Positions 20,571 through 31,025 are shown, counted from the first letter of the stretch. The stretch: 64,000 nt of DNA from Fibrobacteria bacterium (GCA_050294405.1 JBNKOC010000007.1:64001-128000), one strand, 5' to 3'. The notes: generated by a model from the sequence alone, not told the origin. A program made the numbers and translations.

Positions 20571-21491
20571 ATGAAGAGTGAGCCTTTACCATTAACATGC
20601 GCCTGTTTGCTTTTTGCATGGCTTTCGGGCTTTAGCCAAGTCATCCCATTTGACACACTTTTTAATGGAGAAGATTTAACTGGCTGGAATGTTATTAGCG
20701 CTGTGGATGATGATAAGGATTTTGTTAGTGTGCAGAACGGGGCTATTAACATCACTTCCGATGGAGGCCACGGTTGGCTGTGGCTCATGTCTGAAAAAGA
20801 GTATACGGACTTTGTTTTGAAGTTAAAGTTTTCCGCCCCTAATGGAGACTACGGCAATAGCGGAGTTAACTTTCGCAGCCAATTCGATGAAGCAGACGAT
20901 GGCGGCTATCTTAACGGGCCCCAGGTAGACATCTACCCGCGGGATAATTGGCGCACGGGGTTAATCCTGGATATGACCCGGGGAAATGAACGCTGGCTGC
21001 AGCCAGACTTGCCAAACTGGAATATCACGCCTCAGAGCACACCCGATGGATGGAGCTTTAACTATGAACCCGAATGGAATGATTTGGAAATACATGTTAT
21101 TGGTACCACGGTAACCACCATTGTTAATGGAATCACTTATGTTGACGAATGGGATGGCGATGGTGTAATAAATAGTTCCGCCCATCAATCTAAGGGCGTG
21201 GGAGAAACAGGTTATTTTGCCTTGCAGGCGCACAGTGGCGAACAAGTGCAAATCGCTTTTAAGGATATATACATTCAGGATTTAACCAACGGGACTCCCA
21301 TCGACACTACCACGGCCATTGATACTTATTCCTTAAATAAAAATGACGCCAGTCCAGCTAAGCAGCTGTTTATCCAAAGCCTGATAGGAAGTTCCGAGAT
21401 ACGCCCTTCGGGGATATATTTTTATCAGCAAGAGGCAGGGGAAATCAGCCCAAAAAATCAGATTTTTAATTTAAGGGGCCAAAGCAAATAA
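20571..21491 (+). CDS. DUF1080 (3-keto-disaccharide hydrolase-like) secreted protein
   Basis: LFNGEDLTGW, Y.DFVLKLKF, GNSGVNFRS, GPQVDI, WN.LEI, G..ALQAH...IAFKDIYI; signal peptide. ATG at 20571 with GGGGA RBS preferred over TTG at 20559. Confidence 0.85.
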   Translation: MKSEPLPLTCACLLFAWLSGFSQVIPFDTLFNGEDLTGWNVISAVDDDKDFVSVQNGAINITSDGGHGWLWLMSEKEYTDFVLKLKFSAPNGDYGNSGVNFRSQFDEADDGGYLNGPQVDIYPRDNWRTGLILDMTRGNERWLQPDLPNWNITPQSTPDGWSFNYEPEWNDLEIHVIGTTVTTIVNGITYVDEWDGDGVINSSAHQSKGVGETGYFALQAHSGEQVQIAFKDIYIQDLTNGTPIDTTTAIDTYSLNKNDASPAKQLFIQSLIGSSEIRPSGIYFYQQEAGEISPKNQIFNLRGQSK

Positions 21492-21595
21492 GCCCCTTTC
21501 AGGTTGAAAGCAACGATGTATCAAATCCTGAGGGAATCCGAGAAGACTTGTAAATAGTCTATTCCAACCTGTGGGAGCCTGAAGCGCCCAATTTT

Positions 21596-22633
21596 TTACT
21601 CATAAACATATAAGTCCGGCCACCTGTCATTTCCAGTGTGGAATGTGAGACGGACGGCCTTTTTGGCCTTTTCTCCAATCTTCCATATAAACACTTCATA
21701 ATCATATATATCATGATCATGCCCTTTTGAAGTAGCGCACCATACCATGTATTTCCCAGTATTGTCTAATTTAGGGAAATATTCATGGGAAAGCCTTCCG
21801 GGTAAATCCATAAATCTGATCTCTTTTGGCACTCTCAAACTACTCACCTTTGTTTTAGGAGCTCCGTTTTCCACTTCTATATGTAAAATTTCGCTTGGAG
21901 CAGCTGTCCCTCCATTTCCAGTGGGGTTTACCCTGTAAATCTTTTTACCACCAGGAAACCAATCTATCTGGCAGCCTCCGCCTGTTGTCTCCCATTTTTT
22001 GGCTTCAATATTCCAAATCCCCGTTTCTCGGGAGGTTCCCCGCAAAGTGGCTGCTAAGTATTTGCCGTCGGGAGATAAATTGGGCTCCTGAACTATGGTT
22101 CCTTCTTTAAGTACATTACCATCGAAAAGTAATTCTTCGGACGACCCCGCTTCTAAAGACCGGATAAAAGCTTTGTTAGCTTTGGCGTAAACAATTTTGT
22201 TTCCCCCATCATGCCAGGTTCCCCAAACAGCTCCTTCAACTATTTTTTGTAAATCGCTGCCATCTATATTAATGCTGTATATATCCCATTTATCAGGATA
22301 TTTTGCATCGGTTTCAGGAACCCATCCCCCTTTGCTCCTGGTGAACAAAACTTTTTTGCCATCCGGTGATATACGGGGAAACCAATCCACATGATCGCTT
22401 TTTGTTAGGGCTTTGGCATCGCTGCCATCTGCATTCATGATCCACAAATCATGTTTAGAGTTAGACCTTGAAGTGGACCAAACAATTTTTCCATTAATTT
22501 GCCCTTTTAAGGCATCCATTTGTTTTTGGAATTTCTTCTTTATTTTTACCGGTGAACCCATAGGGGCTTCCTGAGCTATTGCAGATGTAGTTGCCAAAAA
22601 AAACATTAACGCTAGAGCTAACAATTTAATCAT
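21596..22633 (-). CDS. TolB-like (PD40) beta-propeller periplasmic protein
   Basis: Signal peptide; repeated DLWIMNADGS, PRISPDGKKVLF, PNLSPDGKYL, TFHTGNDRWPD. Confidence 0.8.
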   Translation of the reverse strand: MIKLLALALMFFLATTSAIAQEAPMGSPVKIKKKFQKQMDALKGQINGKIVWSTSRSNSKHDLWIMNADGSDAKALTKSDHVDWFPRISPDGKKVLFTRSKGGWVPETDAKYPDKWDIYSINIDGSDLQKIVEGAVWGTWHDGGNKIVYAKANKAFIRSLEAGSSEELLFDGNVLKEGTIVQEPNLSPDGKYLAATLRGTSRETGIWNIEAKKWETTGGGCQIDWFPGGKKIYRVNPTGNGGTAAPSEILHIEVENGAPKTKVSSLRVPKEIRFMDLPGRLSHEYFPKLDNTGKYMVWCATSKGHDHDIYDYEVFIWKIGEKAKKAVRLTFHTGNDRWPDLYVYE

Positions 22634-22702
22634 AGTCCTTCCTCTTATTTATATTCCAGTACCCGGATATTAAGTTAAAAAATAAAAAGTCTCAGATTAG
22701 TT

Positions 22703-24388
22703 TTAATTTGGACTTGTGAGACCCATTATACTTTGTTGCAAATGGTACAGAGATTCTTGCAATAATTGCGGGTGATTTTTCCATTTGTTTTTTAATTCCA
22801 GTTCTATATTATTTACAGTGGCCTCGTCTTTTAAATTCAGCCCCTCTCCTTTTTCCTCCAAATTCAGGCTAAACAGTGCTTCTGTTCCGTTGGTATAGGA
22901 TAATCTCCAATTTTTTTGTTGGTACAGCCAGTGGGCTAATTTTTGGTAACGGCTAAAAAGTGCCAGAGGGATAAGCACCTTTTCAATTTCGTAACTTTGT
23001 TGAAGTTGAGGAAAGGTTTGGGGATTGTCTAAAACATTTAAATAGTTTTGAAAGAACTGGGGCTCTTTAATCACAAACCGGCCGTCTATAAAAGATTTTT
23101 TGGAAGGATATAAGTGAAAGTTTAAATACCCACCGTAGCGTGCGGCATTAAATATATTTCCCGAAAAAGACTCTTTTTTTAGAATTTGAACGGATTCTAC
23201 CGGATACCGGAACGGCGAAAGAGGCGGAGAAAAAGGACTGTTATTTAATAGCCTGAAATGATTTATTCCAGCTCCTAAAAGCGCAAAGGCTAAAGCAAAG
23301 CCCCCCCATTGGAACAAGGTTAAACCAGAGTATTTCCTATCTGTTTTTTTAAATACAAATTGAGAGCTGTAATAGGCTAACAACCCCGAACTTATAAATA
23401 AAAATAGAATAACATTTCTTTTTGAAATAAAAGCAAGCAGGCTAAAGGCTAATAAAATAATCAGATGCGCTACAAGTAATTGCCGGTTGGCTACAGAACC
23501 TTCTAAGCCATTATTTTTGTCCTCATTGTTTTTTAAACTGGAAAACATAAACAAAAGCAAAATCAAACTGCTACCAACCACCACAAACAAAATGTATTGT
23601 TGCGAACTTCTCCAAAGGCCCATTAAAGGTATATTTTCCGAAATATTCTGAGAATATAAATTTGATTCGGAAGGGTTAATTTTGCCGTACAGTCCAAAAG
23701 GATAACCTAGCAATTTAAGTCCATTTGGATTTATGGCGCTTAGCAAAAATTGAAGAACGGGAATAAAAAATATCCCTTTTATTTTATTTAACAATGGGTT
23801 ATTTGATAAGAGATTATGCCCAGAGAAATAAGCGAAACTCAAAAAGGGTCCCAGCACAAACAACCCTTGACAGTTTGCCCAGAATACTTGCATTAATAGT
23901 ATCAACCCAATCCATTTAGCTTTTTTATCCGCAATCCATCGTTCCATAAAAAAGACGTTTAAGGACATACATAAAAGGCTAATCAAAACAGGACGGGCTA
24001 AAAATTCAAAACGAATAGAAAACAAAACCAATACAAACAAACTTAGGGAAAGCATGTTTATGGATTTTTTGCAAAAAGCTTTTAACAAAAAAAAACAGGA
24101 AAAGCAAACAACTAAAGTTTTAAAAACAAGTACCCCCCAAACCCCGGCGATGTTATAAAATCCAAAATTTATTAATTGGTAAAGCCAATGGACATTTATC
24201 CAGGGCTCAACAGACGGAGTAAAACTAAAGGGATCTTCCCGCAAAAAGCCAGGACCAACTAACATCTCCCGGGCAGAAGCCAGATGCCACCAAATATCTG
24301 TATTGGTTAGGGTAAAGAATGTAAAAAAGCCCGTTAAAGCTGCGGCAAGCCCTATTTTGATTTCGGCCTTGTTCAATTCAGATAGCAC
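22703..24388 (-). CDS. Polytopic membrane protein, putative GT-C-fold glycosyltransferase
   Basis: About ten or more hydrophobic segments; D-containing first loop (TDIWWHL...EDPFSF..W.N..WL), WAN.QG.F..G, INPNG, soluble C-terminal domain with YGGYL...FIDGR. Confidence 0.6.
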   Translation of the reverse strand: MLSELNKAEIKIGLAAALTGFFTFFTLTNTDIWWHLASAREMLVGPGFLREDPFSFTPSVEPWINVHWLYQLINFGFYNIAGVWGVLVFKTLVVCFSCFFLLKAFCKKSINMLSLSLFVLVLFSIRFEFLARPVLISLLCMSLNVFFMERWIADKKAKWIGLILLMQVFWANCQGLFVLGPFLSFAYFSGHNLLSNNPLLNKIKGIFFIPVLQFLLSAINPNGLKLLGYPFGLYGKINPSESNLYSQNISENIPLMGLWRSSQQYILFVVVGSSLILLLFMFSSLKNNEDKNNGLEGSVANRQLLVAHLIILLAFSLLAFISKRNVILFLFISSGLLAYYSSQFVFKKTDRKYSGLTLFQWGGFALAFALLGAGINHFRLLNNSPFSPPLSPFRYPVESVQILKKESFSGNIFNAARYGGYLNFHLYPSKKSFIDGRFVIKEPQFFQNYLNVLDNPQTFPQLQQSYEIEKVLIPLALFSRYQKLAHWLYQQKNWRLSYTNGTEALFSLNLEEKGEGLNLKDEATVNNIELELKNKWKNHPQLLQESLYHLQQSIMGLTSPN

Positions 24389-24391
24389 CTT

Positions 24392-26395
24392 TTACTTGTA
24401 ATCTACATCTTCCCACTTTTGGCTGTAGTGGAATAAATCTCTGGCGGCCATCATGTATATTAGTAATTTTTTCTCGGATATTTTCTTAGAACGGGTCCGC
24501 ATCATTTTTTTTCGGACTAATGGCCCTCCGCCCCAACTTGTAATAATATCCAATTCCCTTCCAATTTTTTGAGCAATATGAGAACCCACACCCCCGGATT
24601 TCCCATCGATATGTTCAAATACCCCCGTAAAACTATCTCCAATTAACAGGATAGGTGAGTTTTTATCAGGCTCTATTCCATTTCCATCTTTTAAAACCCT
24701 GGAATTGGCAATAGGAACTGCCGGATACGCTGCCTGTCTGTCTTCTGGCAGACGCTCCACAATATCCCCTCTTTTCAAGATTGTGGTATCTGAAACATTG
24801 TAAACCGATGTATTAGAAGAGATACTGGAATACCATTTATATTCCTTTATTCTTTCCGCTATTTTTTGCGCTGCCAGCTTTAGCCCAATACTGGTCCAAT
24901 GGGTGTCTTGTAGTTGGTACAAAGAATCCGCCATAGCTTTGGATTTATTTTTTTCTTCTAAAAATATAGGCAACAGATCTATGACCTCAATTCCGTTCTC
25001 CTGTAACTGCTTTAAATAATACCTACCCCAGGGATTTACGATTTCAGCAACTTCCGCTTTCCCTTTCAGATGCTCGGGATAGACTTCTGTTTTTGGAGGA
25101 ACGGGAACAAAAAGAAAATCTATGTTATTTTTTCCCAAATAATTTTTCAACTCAACTATATGTTTGGTGGGATTATAGCTATCTTCCTGAGCGGATAGAT
25201 CTTCAGCCAAACTATACTCCAAAGACTTCCTGAAAAAAAGCCATTTGTTTTTTCCCTCAATACCCATTTGAGCATCAGGAAGCGATGCAAGCATTGCCTT
25301 TTGCTCATTTCTAAATTGCTCTAAAGAATTTTCCCAGGCTTTAGGCGCTCCATAAGTCTCAAACTCTTTTTTAAATCGATCTTGGTTAGCAATATAGTTG
25401 GGGGAATTTTTTACGGATTCAATTTGAGCGGAAGCCTCGGTGAGGGAAGATGAACTTGCTTCCTGTGCATCAGTGGCCTGTGAAGTTTCATCCGGCTTTT
25501 TAAAATGAGGTATATGGAAAACATTGTAAATGGGTTTTCCCAAAGGATTGCCCCTAATAACAATGGTGGGATTTTTAATGGAAACTTTTTTTAACTGTTT
25601 GCGGATTTTCTTTTCGGTGTCTTCATTTGGCCAAACCGCCCCTTCCGCAACAGGCACCAGGTCTGTATTCAAAGATGGATACCAATACGAAGCCAACAAC
25701 TGAGCCCAATCCATAACCTGGCTACGACTAAGCTCTTGTTTTAGATATTCCTTTTCCATCCATTCAAAAACAGGTTTTGTTTTTTCTGCAGGAATTCCCG
25801 ATAAATTTAATTTTCCATAAATTTCCGCAAACCCATCATTATCCCAATCCTTTAACCCTTTAACAAACTTGACCCAATGGGCAAATTCAATTTCCACCCA
25901 TAAGCTGGGCCCGGATTCTTCCTGATGTATCCAGGCTGTTACCACTTTTTGATAGGAGGGATATATGGAAGGGTCGGCCCATTTGTAAGCATTTATCTTA
26001 GCTGTTAATTGAGCAATATCTTCTGTCTTGGTTTTTTCCCAAATTAAATTTTTAAGGGCAGGCCAGGCCATGGGCTTTGCCTTTTCCGAATCGGAAAGGG
26101 GACTTGCTTCCAAAGTTAAGGCGGTTTTCAAAATAGCGCCGTTAAAATTCAGACTGTCCCATAAAATTTTTCCTTTTGGTTTTTTAGGTTTAAATTTTTC
26201 GGGATTGTGCCTTACCGGATTATTGTTATAGGCCGCGTAATCTAAATTCGCCTGAGTGGGTGAAGCAATTTCACGCACCATAACTAAAGATTTTTTTCGA
26301 TTAAATTTGGGAACAAGCTCATTATAAGGATGTGCAAAAAGGCCTATCCCCATTCCAAAAGTTAAAAGAACTAATTTGTGTGCTAAGCTATACAT
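24392..26395 (-). CDS. AlgX/AlgJ-like SGNH O-acetyltransferase with long N-terminal extension
   Basis: G..KWLFF, FVPVPPKTEVYPE, YQLQDTHWT, IGDSF motifs in the C-terminal half; signal peptide; Ca-loop-like DWDNDGFAE in the extension. Confidence 0.82.
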   Translation of the reverse strand: MYSLAHKLVLLTFGMGIGLFAHPYNELVPKFNRKKSLVMVREIASPTQANLDYAAYNNNPVRHNPEKFKPKKPKGKILWDSLNFNGAILKTALTLEASPLSDSEKAKPMAWPALKNLIWEKTKTEDIAQLTAKINAYKWADPSIYPSYQKVVTAWIHQEESGPSLWVEIEFAHWVKFVKGLKDWDNDGFAEIYGKLNLSGIPAEKTKPVFEWMEKEYLKQELSRSQVMDWAQLLASYWYPSLNTDLVPVAEGAVWPNEDTEKKIRKQLKKVSIKNPTIVIRGNPLGKPIYNVFHIPHFKKPDETSQATDAQEASSSSLTEASAQIESVKNSPNYIANQDRFKKEFETYGAPKAWENSLEQFRNEQKAMLASLPDAQMGIEGKNKWLFFRKSLEYSLAEDLSAQEDSYNPTKHIVELKNYLGKNNIDFLFVPVPPKTEVYPEHLKGKAEVAEIVNPWGRYYLKQLQENGIEVIDLLPIFLEEKNKSKAMADSLYQLQDTHWTSIGLKLAAQKIAERIKEYKWYSSISSNTSVYNVSDTTILKRGDIVERLPEDRQAAYPAVPIANSRVLKDGNGIEPDKNSPILLIGDSFTGVFEHIDGKSGGVGSHIAQKIGRELDIITSWGGGPLVRKKMMRTRSKKISEKKLLIYMMAARDLFHYSQKWEDVDYK

Positions 26396-26410
26396 AGTAT
26401 TTTATCCCGC

Positions 26411-27961
26411 TTACAATTCCACATCTTTCCAACCTTCTGCTCCAAATTGAATGTCTCTTTCCACAAATTCCCACACCACCAATTTTTTGCCTTTTAAAAT
26501 ATTTTTTTTTCGGGACAGCTTTTTGCGAACCAGAGTGGAAGCTCCTCCATTGTTAACAATGGATGCAAGCGGCTCCGAAAGTTCTTTGGCCAAATGGCTT
26601 ATCCAACCGGCGCTTCGAGGCGTGTCTGTTTGAAATATTCTGGAAAAGCTATCTCCCAAAACTAATATCCGGGAATTTCTAAAGTCATCTTTATAAAGTT
26701 GACGAGATATTTCCTCCCCGGAACTGTCTCTCACAAGTTTAAACACCTGATTACATAATGCATCTTCTTTGGAAAATTCAATTTTTAATGACTTAATAGT
26801 GGGAAACTCCAGTTTGGTCATATCGGTAATATCCCCCGTGCGGCTAACCCTTATGCTATCAGTTGCATATTCCGTATTAGTTTTATTTTCTTCAAACCAA
26901 CTGTAATTTTTAATTTTATCAGCTACTATCTTAGCCGCCAATTCAAGCCCGCGGGGTTTCCAATGGGTATCACGAGCTAAATATACATAGTCATTTAATT
27001 CACTGTCGCGCTCCCTCTCTCGCAAAAAAGGCTCATGGAGATTTACAGTTTCAATTCCCCGCTCTTTGAGCTCGGCTAAAAACTTTTTAGTATGTTTCGA
27101 CACTGCAGCAATTTTTTGCATATCCCCATTCAGATTGTCATTTAATAAATCGGGATATATGGAGGCTTTTCCAGGGGCAATAACAATTAATAGCTCAATT
27201 CCTTTTTCTTCTAATTGGTTTTTAAAATGTTCTATGGCCTTGATAGGGTCTTCCATAAGAACAGCCCCTTCTTCCCCGTAAGAAGCCAACCTGTTGTTTC
27301 GAAAATAGGGCTTGGTTAAATAATCCACGCCTTGCTTGTAAAAAAACCAATCTTTTTCTCCAGGAACAGCTTTATCACCGGTTTCTCCCAGCAAATGGTA
27401 ATTAACGTACTGAAGGCCTTCTCTAGCCCAAAGGGCAATTTTGGAATTGTCTTCCATTTCTTTTTCATAGGCCCTCAAATACTCTGCATTAAACAAAGTT
27501 TCTTTAAATATGGCCTGGAACCAGAGAGAAATGGTTTTAAAAAACGAAAGCGAAGAGTATTCACTTTCTAAAGTTTCAATATTTCCAGAAATGCCGTTTT
27601 TATCCTGGTTTTGAATGCTTTTATTTAAGCTTTCAAAAATATTCTGCTGATTGCTCTTTTTTATATGCCCGTCATTAAGAGATACATAGCGATTTATTTG
27701 CCTTCGCAGGTTTTGCATGTCTTTAAACAGGTAAGACATTTCATCAAAATCCGGGTTTGAATTGGCAGAAAGTTCTTTTATTTCCGCAATTTTTCCACTG
27801 ATGTTATTGTAGCGTGTTAAAGGGGTTTTAAAACTATCCACGATTAAATAGCCCGCCTGAATATGAGACTTCCATTCCACCCAGGCCTGGTAGCCACCCA
27901 CAGATACAATGAGGAGCACAAAAGCTGAAATAAACAGGGTTCTTAATTTTCTGGCATTCAT
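26411..27961 (-). CDS. AlgJ/AlgX-like SGNH O-acetyltransferase (membrane-anchored)
   Basis: N-terminal TM helix; GEKDWFFY, APGKASIYP, DTHWKP.G, LGDSF, VVWEFVER. Confidence 0.85.
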   Translation of the reverse strand: MNARKLRTLFISAFVLLIVSVGGYQAWVEWKSHIQAGYLIVDSFKTPLTRYNNISGKIAEIKELSANSNPDFDEMSYLFKDMQNLRRQINRYVSLNDGHIKKSNQQNIFESLNKSIQNQDKNGISGNIETLESEYSSLSFFKTISLWFQAIFKETLFNAEYLRAYEKEMEDNSKIALWAREGLQYVNYHLLGETGDKAVPGEKDWFFYKQGVDYLTKPYFRNNRLASYGEEGAVLMEDPIKAIEHFKNQLEEKGIELLIVIAPGKASIYPDLLNDNLNGDMQKIAAVSKHTKKFLAELKERGIETVNLHEPFLRERERDSELNDYVYLARDTHWKPRGLELAAKIVADKIKNYSWFEENKTNTEYATDSIRVSRTGDITDMTKLEFPTIKSLKIEFSKEDALCNQVFKLVRDSSGEEISRQLYKDDFRNSRILVLGDSFSRIFQTDTPRSAGWISHLAKELSEPLASIVNNGGASTLVRKKLSRKKNILKGKKLVVWEFVERDIQFGAEGWKDVEL

Positions 27962-27972
27962 TATAAAGAAAT

Positions 27973-29400
27973 TTAAAATTGGAAGTATAAAAAGGGATTA
28001 AAGGATTGAGAGAACATCATCATAACAGAAAAAATTAAAACAAAAAGCGACACCAGCATCCTGGCAGGAGTCAACTTTCTGGACCAGTCTAAGGCCTGAA
28101 AGGGTTGCCACACAAAAAAGGCGCAAATCAACATCCAAAAAATATCCGCTGGCTTAAAAATAACCGAATGGAGCAGAGGGGCCGCAGCCGATGCGTCGCT
28201 GATAAATAACATGGAACCCCAATAACTCCAGGCATGGCCTAAATCTGTCGCCCGAAACAATACCCAGGAAAATAAGACCAGAATAAATGTTATTAGCGTT
28301 CTAAAAACTTTGGGCAAGCGGTTGTATAAAAAAGGTTTTCCCAAATAACGCTCTAAAATTAAAAAGAAAGCATGAAACAATCCCCAGGCCACAAAAGTCA
28401 TTTGAGCCCCATGCCATAGCCCACTTAAAAACATCACCACAAATAAGTTAAAGTACAAACGATACGCAGATTTTACCCGATTTCCGCCCAGGGATATATA
28501 CAAATAGTCCCTGAACCAACGGGTTAGTGATATATGCCATCGCCTCCAAAAGTCTGTTATATTTTCTGCGTGGTAAGGCGCATTAAAATTTTTCGTAAAA
28601 TAAAAACCTAACATCAAACCCAGCCCGAAAGCCATATCTGAATAGGCAGAAAAATCAAAATATATTTGGAAACTGTAAGCAATAACGCCCCACCAGGAGC
28701 TAATCCAATCCGGAGCTTGGGCCGCAAATACATTGTCCGCAATTTTGCCAGCGGAGTTCGCCAGTATAATTTTTTTACCCATTCCCAAACTAAAAATGAT
28801 GGCTCCACGGGTGAATTTATTGATGCTATGGCTGCGCTCGGCCAATTGCTCAGCCACGGTGTTGTAGCGGATAATGGGACCCGCTATTAGTTGCGGAAAA
28901 GAAGCCACAAAACAGGAAAAAGTTCTCAAATCTTTTACGGGCGGGGCATCCCCTCGCCAAACATCAATGCTATAGCTTAAGGTCTGAAAAGTGTAAAAGG
29001 AAATTCCAATGGGCAAAATAATAGACATCACGTAAAAATAGTGTTCTCCCCCGCCAAACAACTCCACTACTTTGTTTATACCGGACATGGCAAACATGTA
29101 ATATTTAAAAAAGCCAAGCAGCGACAAATTTGAAATCAGGGATATAACTAAACCCGTATTTCTTTGAAATTTAGATGCTCCCGGGGCTGCAATTAATTTT
29201 CCGCAGCCATAGTCCACAATAGTGGAAACCCACATAAGCGTCACAAACCAAGGCTCAAACCAACCGTAGAAAAAATAAGAGAATAAAGTGATGGTTAGGT
29301 TAAGCCATTGAATAGAGGCCCTTCCCCAATACAAACCGTAATATGTTACTAGAAAAATCGGTAAAAAATAAAACAGAAAAATATGAGAAGAAAAAACCAT
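27973..29400 (-). CDS. algI: MBOAT family O-acyltransferase (AlgI/PatA-like)
   Basis: MVFSS..FL..FLP, LPIGISFYTFQ.LSY, FPQLIAGPI, QIYFDFSAYSDMA, NFNAPY, FWRRWHISL, GLWHGA, FNPFLYFQF. Confidence 0.92.
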   Translation of the reverse strand: MVFSSHIFLFYFLPIFLVTYYGLYWGRASIQWLNLTITLFSYFFYGWFEPWFVTLMWVSTIVDYGCGKLIAAPGASKFQRNTGLVISLISNLSLLGFFKYYMFAMSGINKVVELFGGGEHYFYVMSIILPIGISFYTFQTLSYSIDVWRGDAPPVKDLRTFSCFVASFPQLIAGPIIRYNTVAEQLAERSHSINKFTRGAIIFSLGMGKKIILANSAGKIADNVFAAQAPDWISSWWGVIAYSFQIYFDFSAYSDMAFGLGLMLGFYFTKNFNAPYHAENITDFWRRWHISLTRWFRDYLYISLGGNRVKSAYRLYFNLFVVMFLSGLWHGAQMTFVAWGLFHAFFLILERYLGKPFLYNRLPKVFRTLITFILVLFSWVLFRATDLGHAWSYWGSMLFISDASAAAPLLHSVIFKPADIFWMLICAFFVWQPFQALDWSRKLTPARMLVSLFVLIFSVMMMFSQSFNPFLYFQF

Positions 29401-29418
29401 TTTTTTTCAGAATTATTT

Positions 29419-29886
29419 TTAAGGAATAATATCCGTATGAGTGGCAAAATAACGGGGATCTTCACTGTCAAAATACTCGTCCTCCACAGCTCCCGACCAA
29501 ATCTCTTCCAAAGGAGATTTTAAGGTTAACTTGTATTTTGCGCCGGCGCTAAACTTTTTGGCATTTCCATTTACCATGGAATCCATTTTATCTTTAATTT
29601 TATCCCGGGGAATTAATGGATTGTATTGGCCCACTAAAATTTCTTTTTGAGCAAGTTCGCCCTTTTCCACTTTTAACACTTTAAATTTAAAAATGTATAC
29701 ATAGTTATATAAATCATTGGGAGGCAAAGTACCCGGTATTTCCACCAAGCGAGCTTCCAAAACAATATCGCCTTCGCCTTTTGCCTCAGAGGCATCGGCA
29801 AAAGAGATTAACAGGCACCCTAAAGCTAGTCCAACAAGCCAATGTTTCCACTTTGATGGTTTAATAATATTTACGCCTAACATCAT
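29419..29886 (-). CDS. Small exported hypothetical protein within the acylation operon
   Basis: Signal peptide (ADA/SEA); co-oriented with 5-18 nt gaps to its neighbours. Confidence 0.7.
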   Translation of the reverse strand: MMLGVNIIKPSKWKHWLVGLALGCLLISFADASEAKGEGDIVLEARLVEIPGTLPPNDLYNYVYIFKFKVLKVEKGELAQKEILVGQYNPLIPRDKIKDKMDSMVNGNAKKFSAGAKYKLTLKSPLEEIWSGAVEDEYFDSEDPRYFATHTDIIP

Positions 29887-29891
29887 ATTGC

Positions 29892-31025
29892 TTACTTGGT
29901 TAAAGAATGGGAATAACCCGATTGGGGAAAGTTATTAGAACGATAGTAGTTCAAATACCACTTTACAGTTTTTTCCAACGCATCCCTCAAACTGGTATTA
30001 GCTTTCCAGTTAAGCAAAGCTCTTGCCTTCCCCACATCCGGATAACGCCTGTCTGAATCGTCATAACCTTGGCCGTAAAACTCTTCCGCGCTGATGTGCC
30101 GGATTTCTGGCGTGGTAATTTCATAAGTTGAGGCCAGCTCTTTTATTTGGACAGCTAAATTTGCAATTGTAGTTTCGTTCTGGGCTGCGCCAACATTGAA
30201 TATTTCGTTGTGCCCTTTTTTTCCATTTAGTAAAAGGGCCATACAAAATTCCATTACATCATCGATATAGGTAAAACAGCGTTTGCTCCGCCCGCCATCC
30301 ACTAACATCATAGGCTCCTCTTTTAACAGTGCCGACATAAAGCAAGCTAAAACCCTGGGGACCCCTTCCCCATCCAGACCGGGGATATAATCCATGTTAG
30401 GTCCGATAAAATTAAAGGGACGCAAAATAGTGTAGGGCATTTGGCCAGTTTCACCCGCAGCAATAATGTAGCGCTCTAGAAGCTGTTTGGCGCTGGCATA
30501 ACTCCAGCGCTGCTTATTAGCAGGTCCCATAATCAAGTGGCTGTGGTCTTCTTTTAAAAGGTAATCTGAGCGCGTATCTTCATTGGCAGCAAAATGAACT
30601 CCAAGGGCAGAGGCTGTTTTGCCATAAACTTCACTGGTGGAAAAATGAACCAACCAGGTTTTACTGGCAAGACAGGCGTTAACCAAGCGCACGGGCTTGT
30701 TGTAATTGCTTTCAATAACTTCAAGGGGAATCAAATTATACTGTGATGGATTGCAAAGGGAGGCCAGCGAAAAAATTACATGGCATTTTGCTGTCAAATG
30801 TTGCAGCACAGAATCTCCAGTGTAATCGTTTTGGATAAATTGAAAACGAGCTTCGCCCACAACATCGGAAATTTTTCCGCTTTCGGTATCTACTCCAATT
30901 ACGGTCCAATTTGTGTTATTTAAAATATGGCGAACCAAATGGGATCCGATAAATCCACCGCAGCCACAAACCCCGATTACCCTGGAGGAATCGCTTTTTT
31001 CAAATGGAATATTTGATAAATTCAT
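29892..31025 (-). CDS. UDP-D-apiose/UDP-D-xylose synthase-like extended SDR
   Basis: GCGGFIGSHL, LASLCNP..YN..P, HFSTSEVYGKT, KQRWSYASAKQLLER, RPFNFIGP.MDYIPGLDGEGVPRVLACF, LVDGG, EEFYGQGYDDSDRR. These match plant AXS/UAXS motifs as recalled, more closely than ArnA. Confidence 0.8.
   Translation of the reverse strand: MNLSNIPFEKSDSSRVIGVCGCGGFIGSHLVRHILNNTNWTVIGVDTESGKISDVVGEARFQFIQNDYTGDSVLQHLTAKCHVIFSLASLCNPSQYNLIPLEVIESNYNKPVRLVNACLASKTWLVHFSTSEVYGKTASALGVHFAANEDTRSDYLLKEDHSHLIMGPANKQRWSYASAKQLLERYIIAAGETGQMPYTILRPFNFIGPNMDYIPGLDGEGVPRVLACFMSALLKEEPMMLVDGGRSKRCFTYIDDVMEFCMALLLNGKKGHNEIFNVGAAQNETTIANLAVQIKELASTYEITTPEIRHISAEEFYGQGYDDSDRRYPDVGKARALLNWKANTSLRDALEKTVKWYLNYYRSNNFPQSGYSHSLTK

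Noticed and set aside
24392..29400. Alginate biosynthesis cluster
   Set aside because: Only acetylation-type genes are present; no algD, alg8, alg44, algE, algG or algL.
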